Below are positions 1 through 12,898 of a stretch of DNA of 64,000 bases, piece by piece; the first letter of the stretch is position 1, and every line of letters starts with the position of its first letter. The translations under genes and the position numbers were made by a program. This DNA is from Antedon mediterranea (Eukaryota; Animalia; Echinodermata), in the NCBI RefSeq assembly GCF_964355755.1, contig NC_092670.1, positions 30,678,388 to 30,742,387 of the forward strand, written 5' to 3'. The notes beneath the pieces were generated by a model. It was not told where the DNA came from, searched no databases, and saw only the letters and a list, made by a program, of their open reading frames with translations.

Positions 1-3000
1 GGTTCTTAATATTTTTATAATAGATAATTCAACGGAATTTATTGAATTATAAACTTTATTGTATTATATTATTTCCAACACACATCCAACTGCGATGGCC
101 AATTACAAGCTGTCAAAGAATATGATTGCTTAGGTATAGTGTCGGTGTTTCTGGCCCTTTTAGCCACAAAGTAAAGTGATATTTCGTGTTCGTATTTCTA
201 GGAAATTATAAACAAACAATATTATAATAAGAATAAGAAATGTTTTTTATTTGTTTTATAATCACTTTATCAATTATTATAAAAGTATAAATTGTTTATA
301 TATACTGTGTATATATACAGTAATACCCTGCACATGATACACAAATAACCAATACATGGTTAGAAAGCACTTAATTAAAATCGTAATTGCGATGACTGTT
401 TTGTCTAAACAAAAGGATTATTATTTCATTTTGAAAAAATAAATAAAATATTGATATGAATTAATTAATAGGCTGTTCTTTGTAGAAACAAAAAAAGGTG
501 AACAATAAAAGATATTTGAATTATTCTAATATAAAGTACGATATTTTGGTAACATTTAAGTAACATAAACAAGAAATAATAATTAAATCGTAAAAAGAAA
601 CGTAAACAAGGCGTAAACAGTAAGAAAGAATGCATATACTTGTAAAGCGTTAAAGATTTATTGTCCCCCCAGAAATTCTTAAAAAATTTCTGTTTAATAT
701 GCCATTTTAATGTCACTAATTGTTATCCACTTTGACAAAAAATTAGATCGAAAAAAAAAAGTGTTTACCTATTTAATTTAACCATTTATTTTGTAATGTT
801 ATAGCCTAAGTGAAAACATTACTTTTTCCAGTTTTTTTTCTACAGAAATTATTTACTTTAATAAAGCTACAAAATAATCTATTCAAAGTCTGATTTTATT
901 AATCTTTATTTTGCATGTTTTGGGGGGCCAATACATCTTTAATATTTTAGTAACATTCATAACACGTTTCGCTCTAAAATTTTAGAAATATAAACTAAGA
1001 AACAACATTTTTAAAGTGAACGTCATTAAAAAAAACAACAAACATTTTTTAAAACATTGAATATTACGTACTTTACCAATACGCATTGAAACCAACACAA
1101 TACGTTTATTATAAGGAGATATCGATTGGATAACTTCCGTCAAAATACATTCAAATTAATTCAAAATGATAAAAACAGAAGGTCTAAATTATTAGTCAAA
1201 CGATATTGTCTTTTCGTTGAATGGCATTCGAATTTGATTTTTCTGCCATCTTACAGTATTGTTATTGGTCAGATGTTTGGCCCTATACTCTTATGTAATT
1301 TGTACTTAATATTTGAGAGGAAATTCTCGGGTTTGGCTCGAACCTACGACCTCCATATCACTCATACCTGTAGACCACCGAGTTTTCGCTGATGGCTAGA
1401 GGTTAGACTCAAGCACAAGTGAGCAGTGCGTACTGCACACCAACATGGTTGTAGCCTAATTGTATTAACTACTGTGGAGTAGGCTCAACTCTTGTATACT
1501 ACTATTCAACTCCCTGAGCCAAAGCTCTCCACATTAATTAAATACAAATTACAATAATGTTATTATACAATAACAATATTGGAATATTATTTGTATAAGA
1601 AATTAGATTATATACGTTAAAGAAAGAGCCTATTCCGAATTATTATTATTCTTTGCAAAGTTATATAACAAGTAATTGTGGTCAAGAAATAGTAATAGTC
1701 ATCACCCATGGTGTATAAGAGGTTATGCACGTACGCCACGCCACCCTCCTTATACTCTGCACATTTTATTAATATTAGTTATAATAGGTCTACATTTATA
1801 CAGAATTTAAATATAAAAAAGGTCTTAATAATAATTTGAATTATTAGGTGATCATTTAGAATAAAATGATCACCTATTGTTATTGTATGAAATCTTTATT
1901 ATTAATTTTAATTCTAAAACGTGCTACTAATTTATTTGTGTATTTATGTCATAAATAATTATTGAGATAAACATTATTTAATTAAAATTAATAATGCTCC
2001 TGCAATGCTCTTTAATATTTTTTCTGTAGTAATTTTTTGAAGGATTCCTGCCCGAATGAGTGATTTAGCACGCTGTAGAATTATTAAAACGTGATCTAAA
2101 ATTCCTGATGACAAGGGATATGTGTTTACATCCGTCATTGTAGTTCCCTTTTAGGGTGTAACGATCAATTTCCACTGGCAATCAATGAACCGAAAATACG
2201 TAACATCATTCCATATTTCACGATCACGTTTGCAATGGTTTCAATTACACGTTTTATTCGAATAGGAAACAACACATACTAAACGCGTTGACAGCCTCTG
2301 GTGGCATGTTACTATTAGCGGCACATGATGTCATTATATCTGTTACAAAGATGTGGAAACAATGCTTTCTTGAGAGGGAGGGAGAACGCGGGAGCGAGAG
2401 GGAGCATATTACCAAACTCGTAACAAGAAGGTCGTGTATGATCACCTTTGTCATTACATCACCACATTTTCGGGACCAACTGTAATCCTTTTCTTCCCAG
2501 GTGAAAACTCTAGTTTGTAACCTGTTATACCAGTAACCAAAACACACATTGCTTCTTTATTATTATACAGTAATTTATGACCTATGGTAATAATTCAAAC
2601 ATAATTTTTTTTTTAAATTGGTAATGTGGTGTTGGTAATGTAGGCATAGTTATTATGATAATATTTATTAAAAAAATATTTACTACTGTATATACAATTT
2701 CATTTTTTAAATAACATTCCTTTTATAAGAACCAATAATTATTTCTTCTGTTCGATATGATTTATATTGGTATTTGTATACGTGTGAAATCAATACATTT
2801 ATGCACGTTTTACATTCAATTGAAAATAACATTTATTGTCTTCCTTTTAGCTGTTTTAAAAAATGTAATAACTATTCATTCTCATGAGTTATCTTTGTTC
2901 CTAGGTAAAAGTTCATAGTGTTAATGTACTACATTTGTTTCTTTTTGTTCAATTGTGTCCTTATTATTTAAATTAAAATGTATGAGCTTTTTGATGATTT

Positions 3001-5169
3001 ATTAATTTGAGGTGATCGGGGAGCACCAAATGCTGCACAATTCGCCGCTGCAATTATACATTAATTTCAAAACACGTGTACCACCCAAGTTTTGTTCTAC
3101 TTCCACGCTTCCTTTACGTCATGTATCCTTTTCCTTTCCACATAATTTATACAATATAAATTGACATAACATTTCATTGGTCGCAAAATTAAATTTCACA
3201 GATCACTGAAAGTTACTCGTGTTTGAGGGCGTGCTACTCTAAATTCTTCCTTATTTTTATCATTATTTAATCAGTATTTTTTGTTCATTAAATGTGTAAT
3301 TCGTGGTTGTTGTAGTAGTAATCGTGTGTGTTAGTGTCCGTTGACCTAGTTCATCCTTGGGATGTGGGATTTCCATTAAGTGACAAGATATACCCACGAG
3401 AATAACCTCTCGCGCAACTGAAAAAGATCTTCTGACAAAATACTATTTAACAAATTTCCCTTATAATATCCCATTATGCTGAATCATGTATAAATAAGTA
3501 TACGTAAATAAACGACGTGGATGTGATAGTCCTACAAAAGAACAGACAGATTATAATTACCGCGCTACTGCGGTTGAACAAAAGTAACAAAAGAATTTGT
3601 CATGATAAATGTATTGTGTTTATATGTATTTTTTATACATTTGTAATATTAATTTTTTTTTAGTGGGGAGGTGGAACATAATTAATATCATCATAGTCAT
3701 ATCATCACCATAACATTTTCATATTGTTTTCATTTTTTGTTATATTCAATTTTGTTTGTATCATTGCAATTTGATCAACTTCATCAGTGGTAGGTTTTAA
3801 ATGTTGTAAATTCACTTCATATTAAATTTTGTTTTTATTAATTTTCTTGTATTTTTCTATACTACATTTTTTAAAAAGAAGTTTAAAAAGAAAAAAGAAA
3901 GTTAAGGCAAAGACGATAACTGCGTCGTTAACCTGTTTGTTTCCAAAAAAACAAAAATAGTTATAATACATATAATTTTCTTATGGTTATCATTATCATA
4001 TTATTTCATTTTAAAATATTTACACTTTTGTAGAATCCAATATGTAAATAAAAATCGTATTACCAAACAGAGTACACATTGGTAATATTTGTTTCTTTCT
4101 TTCTTGTCGTTGTTATTTTTATTTATTTTTGTTTTTTTGGGTTTTGGAAAAATGTGCAAGGTAAGTATTTGCAATGATACTTTTTTTTACTTACTGACCA
4201 CGTGACTACCAGAAATTGCTGGTATATAAACATCGAAGTAGACCTATTATTATTATTCTTATTCTTTATTAAAAAAGGGTAACCCTTCCAGCTGAACCCA
4301 GAGGTCAGTTGATGTGCAGGGGCCCTCTTTAAAACCATAACATATGAACATCTATTACGTTAAACTGTTCACAATACAGACATTCATTCCATGCTAAAGT
4401 TGAACACATTTTAAGATATTTAAAAGCAAATTATTTTAGAACCATATCATTTATTATTAAGTATATGTTTAGCTTTTTGTTGGAGTGATACGCATAATCG
4501 CCGACAGAAGAAAATAAACTACGAATAAATTAGGCCTAAAGGAAGGGAAATAATATTGGAAGAATTTTTCAATAAGAAAGTACAAAAATAGTTTGTCTGT
4601 ACGAATAAGATTTTACTTCATATGATATTTTATTATTGAGTCACATTAATGTTTTTTGTTTGTTTATGATTTGTTTTTTAATATACTGTATCATACTGTA
4701 TTGCCATAGATGGTCAAAGTTGGAAGAATTACTTATAATTCCCTCATGGACTCACAGTTCACAAATGCTTGTTAGATAGTATGTAACAAAAATGATGATA
4801 ACTTTATTAACGATATTAAATTCACCACTATTAACTGTCAAACTTAAAAAAATGTATCACTATTTCTGTAATATAACTTGTTAAAATATACTATAGGCCT
4901 ATTTGTGTGGTATTTGTATTTTAAATAATTTTGTATTTTCCTAATAATGTCTATTTTCCTAGTAACGATTGAATAATTGTATGTAAGTTCTTATCTTTAG
5001 GAACATCATCATCATCATAATCCTCATCATCCTTTAATACTAGATGTTAAACATTAATTTATTTTCAATTTAATTTCACAGTACGTTTTCTAAATAATAA
5101 CTGAATATTATTTATTTTCTATAGATATCGTAATTGTATAAATAAAACCTGAAAATTAATGATAAGCAG

Positions 5170-5590
5170 TTTTTAGTCGCGTGGACGCGACTCTATAGTT
5201 CACTATGTCGGTCGGTCGGTCGGTCGGTCGGTCTGTCGGTCTGTCGGTCTGTCTGTCGGTCCGATATCACTATGCGTTTTATCGCTTTCTGACCTTATCT
5301 TGATATCAGTTTAATCTAGCTAAGTAAATTTTTCACAGTATATTCCTTATGGCCAGGAATCGATGTGGTTATGTTTTCACGGTGCTCAATAAAAAATTAC
5401 GCGGTCTACGCACGATTTAACGAAATCACGTTTGTAATCATATCTTCACAACCATGAATCACAATTAAATAAAATTTGGTACTCATAAATTTCAGGGCAT
5501 AAATCATCATATGGCAATACAGTTACGTGCGTAGCGCCTGTAACGCATGCGTACGCGCGCTTAAAATTTTCAAAATTTATTTTATTACAT
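5170..5590 (+). mobile_element. HINE/DINE-1-like (Helentron-associated) element, 5' part
   Basis: T-run, hairpin AGTCGCGT-GG-ACGCGACT (5175-5192), then (GTCG/GTCT)n microsatellite 5207-5262. Confidence 0.6.
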
Positions 5591-6678
5591 TTTTTTTATT
5601 TGTGAAATCAATAAATATAGGCTTACATTATATTTCACTATGTAGAATATATATTGTTTTATTACATAAGTTATACTGTAATTAATATTAAAATAAAAAA
5701 TGTGTGGTTACAATTATTGACTACATTCATGCATTTATTGTTTCACATAGATAGTAAAATACTGTTTAACATATCTTATTAATTAGGTCCTTTTATGTGT
5801 GGAAAATATAAATTGACAGAATTATTCGAATATACACATACTGTAAAAATGATGAAATAACAACAAAAAAGCTACGAAACAATTAGAATTCAACACATTC
5901 TTTTTTTACTACTATATTAATACTCATTCTATAATCTACAGTACATATTGCAGACTTAACATCATCCGAAAATGCTTTATCTTAACACTTACCTTGAAGA
6001 TATTCTGTCCCCCTTGTTTGATGTACAACTGTAAAAATAAAAGAAAAAGACTATATAGGCCAAGCGGTTACTAACATACTATATAGGCCAAGTGGTTACT
6101 AAAGCGTAATAGGCTTTAGCCTTTAATATACTCAGATAGATGAATATTATGCAACTTATCAACAAACAATTTACTTTTTTTTAAGTTTGCTAACTTTTAG
6201 CTTGTATAAAATAATATATTATTATTATCATTTAAAACAAATTCATAAAGTTGATCGATTCTGTAAATTCATGTTTTATTTTTAATGCGTGTGATACTGT
6301 TTGCATGCTATATTGTTACACGGTTTTTTTTGTGAGTAGTTTTCAATTATGTATTAATCTCCAATGATTCAAGGTTGATCCTGAGGTGAAAACTAATATT
6401 TGATAAATAAACAATAAACTACGCATGCTCAATACCTGGTTTCCTTGACATAAATAAAAATAATAGCCATAAATAGTACAGTTTTGTTTACAGAAATAAT
6501 ATTATTGTTGAACGTCTTTGGGGGGTTTTCTGACACAAATATGATAGCGTGAACGTGACAATAGACACGGGAAGGGTTGTTCAGTTGTCGCCACGTTCTT
6601 TGCCCTGCTTGAGGAAGCGTTTATAATAGTACTACGCATGTCTTATCATAACAAAAAGCTCGAACAAGCCAATCTAAC

Positions 6679-6714
6679 CAGGGAGATGTACAATTTTTAT
6701 TTTACATCCCCCTG
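6679..6714. mobile_element. 36-bp TIR scar with 7-bp TSD (P-superfamily-like footprint)
   Basis: 16-bp IR CAGGGAGATGTACAAT (14/16), flanked by ATCTAAC on both sides. Confidence 0.65.
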
Positions 6715-7388
6715 ATCTAACCAAGGGTTTCACGTGGTATATTATGTCCATAACCACAGTGCAGTGATTCGAATTTTAACTTTTAAATTTCTATTTTTTA
6801 AAGAGAAATTTAAAATTATAATGTAGGTTCAATTTACTCGTAGATTTATTTTACGGTGTTGGATGCAACAACTATTGTAAATAATTATGATTGTTACTAA
6901 TTACTAATCCTAGATCCGTAACAGTCAAGTTGTTGATTGTGGAACTTACAGCTATGAAGATGAAGACAACTTTACATTTTGTGAAATATTTAGTAGGGAT
7001 ATTCTTTATTTATTCTCTTTTAAACAATTTTGACAGTTTTAAAATATGAACTTAAACTTGAAGTTTGCAATGTATATTGCAGTTAGTTTAATGTCATTCA
7101 TGAAAAAAAACCACACTGTAATCAACAGTGTCCCTTCAATTCCATAATTTTGTAACTAAGTTTATTATAATGAGATCGAAAAGAGACGATAATAATACAC
7201 TCAACATCATAAACGTACTATTCTCTATTGACTTAATAGGAACAAACAAGATTAAAATGAAAGTATGTGTCGTGATACTAAAATGACTTAGGCATACTCC
7301 TTTATCCTTTAATATTAATTTTCGAAATCATATTTAGGAAATGTCCTCTATGGAATACTGAATGTAATTTTGTTCAATAAATTTACTG

Positions 7389-7539
7389 TAAAGATTTGTC
7401 TACACTATCAAACTAGTATGACAAAAAGTGTGCCAAAATATGGTAGTGATATACCCAAATATGGTAGACATCATCATATCCATATATGGGCACATCACAT
7501 TTTTGTCACATACACCGTGATAGTGTCTTCAGAGTCTTA
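7389..7539. mobile_element. Degenerate palindromic MITE
   Basis: ACACTATCA...TGACAAAAA-TGTG mirrored by CACATTTTTGTCA...TGATAGTGT. Confidence 0.55.
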
Positions 7540-10029
7540 GGCTCCCAAACATTTTAAATTGCCTGTATTCTAATTAAATATTATGAATTTATATTATTTT
7601 TGTTTATTACATTTTTCCATAATACAAATCTTAAACTTATAATAATGTCCTTCTTACAACAACATTTAGCAAAACTTTCTTTTCATGTTTCTTTTATAAT
7701 TTTAAAGTTTTGTATTTCTTTTAAAATGATTTTCATTTGTAAGGTTGATATTCAATCTTAAATACTAATTCCTATTTCCATTTACGCATTTCCATAACAA
7801 TATATTTACGTTGCTATGGGAACACATTGCTAATAGTCTTAGGAATTTAGTTCCCATTTGAGTTTCCTGCCAAATGGTGTTTTTTTTTTATGTTTTTGAT
7901 AATAAAAAATAAGAATAAATAAACGGAATAATGTCTGAAATAGGAACTTGTACAAATTGGAAGTAATCTTCTTTAAAACAAAGCAAGCATTTATTACAGA
8001 ATGCCATGACAGAATTATAATCTTGTTGAATAGCCTTTACTTCCGCAGTTGAAATTCATTTTTTTTTATTATGATGTATAATTGATGCACTGGGTTGTTG
8101 TTATACTAATAACATGTCCATATTTGATTAAACATAACATATTTATGTTGTTCATGTTTCCTCTTAAAATGTAGGCCTACATCGTGTAAAGTTAAATTCA
8201 GTATAGGCCTGTTACGGAAATCACGGAGCATAACGAAATATACCCGCAGAAGTTAAAGAGGTAATTTTGTCTGTAAAATACGATAAAACTGGCGTTTGAA
8301 ACCTGTGGATTTCCTTCAGGAAGGTTCATCTGGCTGGGGATTTAGGAAACTGTTAGTGCCCATGCCCACAATCACAAGAACAAGTTTGAAATATCATGAC
8401 ACCTAAACATGTAAAGAATGTTATTCATTATGAGAGGTATAAGGCGTAACAACTGTATCAAACAAATCGAATTTAAAATATGCTGTAATTCTTATTTATA
8501 GTTTTTGTTATTTTACGTGTTAAACTTATGTAATGAAGGCTATACAACCACTGGATTTATACTGTAGGCCTAACCTTACATTGTTTACAATAATTGTTTT
8601 CGTATTAAAAACAAAACCTAATAATTGTTAGTCTATTCAAAGTACTTCGTATAAAAAAACAATACCTAGGAACATAAAAATGTTATCTAAAAGAAAAATT
8701 GCTTTGCTCTAAATAAGTTGACCCGAGTAATAATGATTTGCATTTAAGTCATTGTTTTGCTCCCTTGCAGATTAATACGTTTTGCGACCTTACAGACAAT
8801 CAACATTCATTCCTTTTTATAAATAGTTTATTTACGCAATAAATATTTATTTCATCTAAAAATAGAATATTTCAATATGTAATTATGACTAATTCAATTT
8901 AATAAATTGTAACCGATAGACAATAACCAAAACAACCTGTATTTAGTAATATACTTTAAAGCCGACTAATCAATAATGGGTATAACAGGTTAAATGTGGA
9001 GAGTCTATACAGGTGAGATGTCATGAAATAACTTCCCTGTGTTATTTAGTCTTTAATAGAATAAAATATAATGGTATAATATCGCGTAAGAGTGCCGAAT
9101 ATGGCAAACAGTAGGCCTGCACGTGAAACACATTTCTTGGCATTTAAAAGAATTTCTGTTGGTTTTAATATTCAAATATCGGATTGTACGGGATTTTTTT
9201 GGATTGTGAAAATAAATAATAAATAGGTTACAAAATCCTTGTTTTACTTGTATTTTGTATAAATTATTTTTAAAAAAATCAATAAATCTACATTGCTTCA
9301 TTATTGATATTTCCATCGATAGTGAATAATAATTTTTTAAATGAATAATATAAGTTAATAATAAACAAGACGTCGTGATGAAACATGATATATACATGTA
9401 AAAGTATTGATATGCCTACAAATTTGAATTAGGCCTTACATAGGCCTAGGTATATTATAATAATACGGAAAACGGATTATAAAAATATAATTGATGATAC
9501 AAAATCTAATGACTTACAACATTTGTTTTAATCATTTTTGAAAATGTTTACTCTTGAGAATAAAGTATTATCTTCACATATCAGATTGTCCCATTGTACG
9601 GAAATTATCTATGAACAGTTTCTTATTATTCAGGAACAAGTATCTATACATTGTCAATGATTTTGCATAAAATTCGACAGAACTGCTAAATTACTACTCT
9701 CGATTGTTTACTTAGTATAACCGCAGAACGACGTCGAAGATTAAGTAAAATTCGTTGAAATGTAGGCCGGACATGGTACTGTCTGAGGGTAGAGGGTATA
9801 GTGCTAATAGTTTAATGTGACCTTTTTTAAAAGTTGTGTTTTTTGTCTAAAAAATGGCTAACTTCGATAAAGCGAGGGGATAGATGTAAGATAATCTATA
9901 ATTTGATATTTTGTAAACATTACGCCTAAAACTTACGTACATTTTGTTTTAAAATCTATCGATTACATATGATGACACTCAACAGACTATGGGTGACACA
10001 TTGCGACTGAAGTTAGCGACACTTTGTTT

Positions 10030-10210
10030 ACGATTACGTGACTTGCGTATATTGAGTCAAAAAGTCATTCCACACATATTCATAATTATTATTTAGCGTG
10101 CGCAAAAAGACTGTTGTTTTTTCGGATTTCGTACACGTCCGTCGAGTTACCTGGGTATAAAAGGTACATCAGGCACTTTTGGACTGTTAAACAGTGACCG
10201 TTCAGTCAGT
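10030..10210 (+). promoter_or_regulatory. Candidate TATA promoter/enhancer
   Basis: TACGTG (10035), TGAGTCA (10053), TATAAAAG (10156) and CAGT/TCAGT Inr-like sites downstream. Confidence 0.3.
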
Positions 10211-12099
10211 CTTGTGGTTGTTGCCCTTTCAGGGCTGATTAACCATCGGATGTTGGGGCATGTTTGTTTGTTTATGAATACCACAATGATGTGGAAGGGG
10301 ATGGTATAAATAATGAAGACGGATGTTTCCTTTGGGGATCTGAGTTAATGACCTTATATAATTACAGCTGCCGCATCGTAGTAAATTAATAATAATAAAA
10401 AATAATAATAAACAAACGTGTTTTAATGGTTCATTTTATGTAAAACCTATATCACGGATTGTTTACATAATTGTCGCTGACTCCACGAAGGCCTACGGAT
10501 AAACGACCTTTGACACGCGCGCCGAATTGCTTATATTTTTTTTTGTACGTCCGCGACAATTTTATATTATATAATTTTATATTTGTATCTATAGAAGAAG
10601 ATACGATATTGAATTGTTATTCATTACACATAGGCTGCAATATTGTTAGCCAGCAGTGGACTGGGAGATGTTGAGATTCTAGGTACGGTAGACTGTAAGG
10701 TATTATCATCGTACCGAAACCCTTGAAAAGATATAGCAGTCACATACATACAGTATTTGACACTAGCAATGCCATCAGATAACAAAATGTATTAAATTAA
10801 AATCAAAGCATAATATTAATCAAATAATAGGGAAAATAATTTCATGAGATGAAAGTTGAAAGGCTATATTTTCACGCCGAGTGAAAATATGTAATCTTTC
10901 ACCGAATTTCGTTGAACATCAAGTTTGTTTTATACCACCTAGGCTACTGTGAATTATGTCAACAATTCAAAAGAACACGATATTTTTAGGTCTAGCTATT
11001 TTCATATCATAAAATAATATCATTTATTTCACCAAATTTTAATTATAGTAAAAAATAAGACATAAAAACAGTACAAAGTATTAGGTTTATTTTAGTATAC
11101 GTAATTCATTTTAATTACCATGGAGGTGATAACGATTAATTACATAACGATATAGATATTTTATAATGATATTATAGTGTGGTTATCCAACTGTGCGTTA
11201 TAATATAGAATATTTCGCCCTTGAAGACTATATAATACGGTTCAATCAAAGTGTATACGCGCACGAACGTTATACTAAGATAGTTATTACATGCAATATT
11301 AAATCAGTCTGTTTATTTGAAATAATTCACAAACATTGATTAATATTTTCAATCGGATTAGATTAACTGGATTTCAATCGCAGAACACGAGTGTGTCTGA
11401 CAGATACGTATACGACGGTGGTTTAAAATACTTATAAGTTAACCAATTACATGTTAGCTGCAATTTGCGGGACGCAATGATGCGGGATATCAATACATCT
11501 CAAATTGAATTTACAATAAATCTAGATATAATTTGACATATATTGATTTCCACAATCAGTTTGTAATGCCTTTTATTTTTGCAGGAATTTAAGTCACGTT
11601 GCGAACATTAAGTAAACACGAAAATAAAATACATTTTCATCCAGGGTATTGGCTTGCATTTAAATGCTGTATTGTACATGTAATATTCAATTTCATGTAG
11701 TACCTGTATTGATATACATTATATTTATCGTATTTGATTTAATATTTGAGGTATTGCAAATTGTATATTTAAAGCTTGTTGATAATCACTAAAACATAGG
11801 CGGAACATCGTTATAGTGTATAGAATTATATGGCCTAAAGTAACACCGTTTAAAGAAGAATAAGTAATATTATGTTATTTGATTGACATTTCTAATTACC
11901 GATTAGTGATTTTGATATATGGTTTTACTTACATGAATCAAAATAAGTTCTAACATGTTGAAAATCATGATTTACGAATTTACATACTTGTTGTAGACGA
12001 AGGTCATGTAGTCTATTTTGACAGGATAAAGATACTATGTGCGGATTAAACGCACACACTCTAGGGGAATGCTAGACCTTGGCAATACAATGAGAGTAG

Positions 12100-12330
12100 C
12101 AACACGCGCACGTAGCACACTTCCACACGTGGCGCACGTTTACAACAGAGAGGGCGTGGCCTATCAAGTCACATCACCGTGAACAGCAATCCGATTGGCG
12201 GTTTTCATAATGAGCAATTCCGATAAGGAGGTTCTGTTACCACTAGAGTTTTCACGGCTCTGGCAAAACTAGAATTTGTAACGCTGAATTCTGTTAACAA
12301 TACGTTTTGTAAATATATAGGTGCTAAGAG
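12100..12330 (+). promoter_or_regulatory. Putative proximal promoter of the YeeE-like gene
   Basis: CpG-enriched patch with GCACGTA (12108), CACGTG (12126), GCACGTT (12134), GGGCGTGGC (12152), ATTGG (12194), ATGAGCAAT (12210) and TATATA near 12314; probable UTR intron 12450-12567. Confidence 0.5.
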
Positions 12331-12651
12331 AGAAGAAAGCAAAAGTTCGAGACGGGACAAGGTCAGAAGCGATAAATGGTGCCTTCTTCAACATATGTAG
12401 AGGTGAACGTGCCGACGTATATCGTGTGCGCATGTCTGTAAAAAGCCAGGTAAACTCTACAAAAAATTGTGTCTAATTAAAGATCAACGCTACAAGTTTT
12501 CTCGTACCCAGTGTAGCTTTAAATAGATGCATTCATTGCGACTGCTTTGCAGTTTTGATTTTTACAGAACTTAGAACACATCGCTACCCGGACTCAGCAG
12601 CTGCTTAGCCTGATTGTCTGACTGAATTGTCAACTTGTGTTTCACGCCAAT

Positions 12652-12898
12652 ATGCCACCGGAATCAACACTGATCGAAGCTCGAAAGGGACGACCCGTTC
12701 ACGACGCAAATGCAAACGTTACAAAAGAGGTTGAAGAGTTGGATGAGCTTTTTTCTGAAAAAACAAATGATAATCATGGAGTTGTTGAGGCTTTGCCGCA
12801 GAAAGATGAAACAGAGTTTGACATTAGTTCTATTGTAAAGTTGTTGATATGCGCGATAGCGGGCATTTTGGATGGACTTGCCATGGAAAAGGGAAGAG
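12652..12898 (+). CDS. YeeE-like exon 1 (acidic N-terminus + TM1, MPPEST...LAMEKGR)
   Basis: ATG at 12652; donor AG|GTAAGT at 12899; phase 1 joins exon 2 as G|TA (Val). Confidence 0.8.

Noticed and set aside
465-9397. Short ORFs of the ORF track in the first 10 kb (and most others under 120 aa)
   Set aside because: Non-ATG starts, AT-driven F/I/K/Y/L composition, no motifs or splice support
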